Part shown: one piece after another, positions 25,354 to 28,013 of the stretch
How positions within the stretch are numbered: position 1 is the first letter of the stretch
How the letters are laid out: every line of letters starts with the position of its first letter
NCBI GenBank assembly: GCA_048882485.1
Contig: JBHLRP010000044.1
Location: 1-28,013 of the forward strand
From: Candidatus Thorarchaeota archaeon
Lineage (GTDB): Archaea > Asgardarchaeota > Thorarchaeia > Thorarchaeales > Thorarchaeaceae
Direction of reading: 5' to 3'
DNA: 28,013 nucleotides
Translations under genes and position numbers: made by a program
The notes under the pieces: generated by a model
Seen by the model: only the letters and a program-made list of their open reading frames with translations
What the model was told of the DNA's origin: nothing
The model's database searches: none

Positions 25354-28013
25354 ATGGCATTAAGAGATGTCTTGCTAAAGCGAATTGCCCAAGCACTTGT
25401 TACAATATTCATTGTACTCGCAATCGACTTCGTGATCTTCCACATCCTCCCCGGAGACCCAATGACGTTCCTAGCCCGAAATCCGAACTTGAGTGAGGTT
25501 GCCCAACAGAGATTGATTGAGCAATTTGGACTGGACAGGCCACTCTGGGAACAATTCATTCTATTCATTCAAAACTTCCTCAGCATGAGACTTGGGATGT
25601 CATTTCATTTCAGAGAGGAAGTAGGACCCATTATAATACATCATCTCGGGAATACACTGCTTTTGGTCGTTCCTGCATCAATCGTGGCAATTATCGTGGG
25701 AATTTGGGTAGGTAAGAACTCAGCGTGGCGTCGCGGCAAGGCAGGTGATCTCATTGGTCTTCTATTCTCACTAATCACTTACTCAATTCCAACATTTTGG
25801 TTAGCGATGTTCTTTATCATGCTATTCGCATTTGGCCTTGGATGGTTCCCAGCAACTCCAGGGTTGACAACGCCGGGAATGGATTTCGCAGGCGACCCAG
25901 TTGGCCTTGTCATCGATATGATATCTCACTTGATGCTCCCATGGACGGTGCTCATTGTGGCAATCCTGGGCTCGTTTGCATTAATCACAAGAAACGCGCT
26001 ATTGGATGTATTGAGTGAGGACTACATGCTCACTGCCAAAGCGAAAGGAAGATCTGAGAAAGCTCAGTTGAATAAAGAGGCGATGCCGAATGCCATGATT
26101 CCCATAACAACGGTCATTGCGCTTCAGCTTGGATTTTCAGTTGCAGGGGCACTTCAGACTGAAGTTGTATTTTCTTATCCTGGCATCGGGAATCTGATTT
26201 GGGAAGGAGTCTATTACCGTGACTATCCCCTTTTGCAGGCTGCTTTCTTTATGATAACCGTGGTGGTGGTATTTGCCAATCTCGTTGCGGACTTCATCTA
26301 TTTCTATCTAGACCCAAGAATTAGGGTTGGTGCTGAATTCACAATTGGTGATGAGAAACCGCCGAGACCACTCTCGCATTATGCTCTAGCAGTGATAGTA
26401 ATAGTCGCGCTCCTATCTACATGGGCGGTTATAGGGATAACCACAATTCTCCCGCTTTTTATTATCATACTAATTTTGAAAAGAAAACCAGTATTGCAGT
26501 TCCTGAAGAATCGACTTGGCACTTTAACTCCTTCTAACCTCCATTATGCCTGGACGCACAAGCGGTCACAAATTCTGGTTCGCTTCTCAGTAATTGCTCT
26601 AGTCATAAATCTGATTGCATTGAGCATCATAGCAATTTCGGGAGTGTTCATTCCTGAATGGGGTTTCTTTTGGGGATCAGCCTTTTTTGGGTTGAGGTCA
26701 TTTCCCCCTATACCGCCTGGAATGGAATATCCAGAATGGGCATTGACAATGGCATCGATTGCACATCCATCAGTGATGCAAATCACATTTGTAGGCATAG
26801 CAATAGGAATCATCCTGGGCAGAAGAAGAACCTTGGGTGCGACCACAAGTCGATTCATGAGAACACGGATGGGTACAGTGGGAATGTCACTGGTAGCAAT
26901 GTTCGCAGGAATGACTCTCTTTGGAGATGTGATAGCCCCCTATGATCCTGAGGCATTCTTCACAGGAACATGGTACAAACCTCCTGATTTGGTCCCAGAG
27001 ATGCAATTGCTCATGGTATTAGGAGGGCTGTCCTCACTAATTGGTGCTACATTGGTGTGGTGGATATTTGATCGCATTAAGAAACCTGCAATTCCCAGAT
27101 ACATCATTGGAATTCTCACAGGAGGACTCATTCTATTCATTGCATTGATATTTGGGGAGCGTTCGCTATTCGTTGAAAATCAAAACAGTTTGTTCTATTC
27201 TGCAGGAATTGGACTCATTGCACTAGTAATCACACTGAGAAGCCTATTGACTGCAAGACAAGATTTCAGCATTGAGATTCTAAGAACACACCTACCAAGA
27301 TTGCTTATCGCTTTAGCAGGCGTGATCGGCGTTGGTCTTATGGTTCAAGGTATTCTCCAAGCACCTTGGGTAGTACCTCTTGATTTTCCAGGCTACCACC
27401 TTATGGGTACTGATCAACTAGGCCGAGATGTCTACAGCCAACTAATTATCGCTGTGAGAATCACGCTTCTGATTGGAATCGTGGCAACAACAATGTCCGT
27501 AGTTATCGGCACACTGATCGGCCTTGTTGCAGGCTATTATGGAGGCATAATTGACTCTTTCCTAATGAGGTTCACAGACATCTTCTTCGTGATTCCAAGC
27601 CTGCTATTGATGATAGTCATGGCTGCTGTCTTGGGACCATCGATTGTGACCCTCATTATTGTGATTGGTCTGTTCTCATGGTCTTCCACAGCACGCATTG
27701 TTAGAGGGCAGGTATTGTCCGTGAAAGAGAGGACTTACATCGAGAGGGTACGAGCCGTTGGTGGAGGCAACTTCTATATCATAGGCAAACATGTCTTGGC
27801 AGCAGTTGCTCCACTCGTAGTTGCCAACACAATCCTAGTCACTGCATGGGCGATTCTTTCTGAGGTCGTCTTGGACTTCTTCGGCCTAGGAGACCCAGCA
27901 ATGATCAGCTGGGGAACTATGCTCTATCTCGCATTCAATGCTGGGTCGATGTCCAATAACCTCTGGTGGCTAGTATTTCCACCAGGAATCATGGTTGTGC
28001 TTCTCCTCCTCGG
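25354..28013 (+). CDS. Fused DppB/OppB-DppC/OppC ABC permease with extra TM segments; 3' end beyond the window
   Basis: Not in the ORF track. Manual translation is open for 886 codons: LPGDP, FGLDRPLWEQF, SEDYMLTAKAKG, DYPLLQ and LDPRIR (B half), then APYDP, HLMGTDQLGRD, ARIVRGQVLSVKERTYIE, SWGTML and WWLVFPPG (C half). Confidence 0.95.
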   Translation, partial: MALRDVLLKRIAQALVTIFIVLAIDFVIFHILPGDPMTFLARNPNLSEVAQQRLIEQFGLDRPLWEQFILFIQNFLSMRLGMSFHFREEVGPIIIHHLGNTLLLVVPASIVAIIVGIWVGKNSAWRRGKAGDLIGLLFSLITYSIPTFWLAMFFIMLFAFGLGWFPATPGLTTPGMDFAGDPVGLVIDMISHLMLPWTVLIVAILGSFALITRNALLDVLSEDYMLTAKAKGRSEKAQLNKEAMPNAMIPITTVIALQLGFSVAGALQTEVVFSYPGIGNLIWEGVYYRDYPLLQAAFFMITVVVVFANLVADFIYFYLDPRIRVGAEFTIGDEKPPRPLSHYALAVIVIVALLSTWAVIGITTILPLFIIILILKRKPVLQFLKNRLGTLTPSNLHYAWTHKRSQILVRFSVIALVINLIALSIIAISGVFIPEWGFFWGSAFFGLRSFPPIPPGMEYPEWALTMASIAHPSVMQITFVGIAIGIILGRRRTLGATTSRFMRTRMGTVGMSLVAMFAGMTLFGDVIAPYDPEAFFTGTWYKPPDLVPEMQLLMVLGGLSSLIGATLVWWIFDRIKKPAIPRYIIGILTGGLILFIALIFGERSLFVENQNSLFYSAGIGLIALVITLRSLLTARQDFSIEILRTHLPRLLIALAGVIGVGLMVQGILQAPWVVPLDFPGYHLMGTDQLGRDVYSQLIIAVRITLLIGIVATTMSVVIGTLIGLVAGYYGGIIDSFLMRFTDIFFVIPSLLLMIVMAAVLGPSIVTLIIVIGLFSWSSTARIVRGQVLSVKERTYIERVRAVGGGNFYIIGKHVLAAVAPLVVANTILVTAWAILSEVVLDFFGLGDPAMISWGTMLYLAFNAGSMSNNLWWLVFPPGIMVVLLLL

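Noticed and set aside
25272-27140. Short track ORFs in the last 2.7 kb
   Set aside because: All overlap the long permease frame starting at 25354 in other frames or on the opposite strand.
1-28013. CRISPR arrays, tRNA or rRNA genes, IS elements, integrases
   Set aside because: None recognised by eye; a covariance-model scan would be needed to exclude small RNAs.

Overview
Archaeal-style window, most likely from an Asgard archaeon (Thorarchaeota-like). This is inferred from the giant Ig-repeat surface protein with an acidic cytoplasmic tail, the C-terminal TM+RRR anchors and GGTGA/GGAG ribosome-binding sites; it was not checked against a database. Left part: partial aldo/keto reductase, cupin and divergent HxlR regulator; a CPBP protease; a membrane-anchored hypothetical protein; a DUF35 plus Cys-less thiolase-like pair; a 1837-aa surface protein; DinB; a PH/GRAM-like protein; a TauE-type transporter. 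Right part: a divergent catabolic locus with SDR, PgdA/PuuE-like deacetylase, nitrilase-family hydrolase, two paralogous PA-M28 peptidases, class III aminotransferase, secreted GATase-like (BPL-N) protein, family-5 SBP and a fused DppB-DppC permease missing from the ORF track. Main observations: (1) two back-to-back single-gene insertions, each followed by a diverged duplicate of the 3' end of its upstream neighbour (hxlR and DUF35), with no integrase or transposase in the window; (2) an intact and a degenerate M28 paralog, the latter with both Zn2-specific ligands replaced; (3) a TGTTCA/TGAACA operator motif and a duplicated 48-bp promoter block across the catabolic locus. No tRNA, rRNA, CRISPR array or IS element was recognised.
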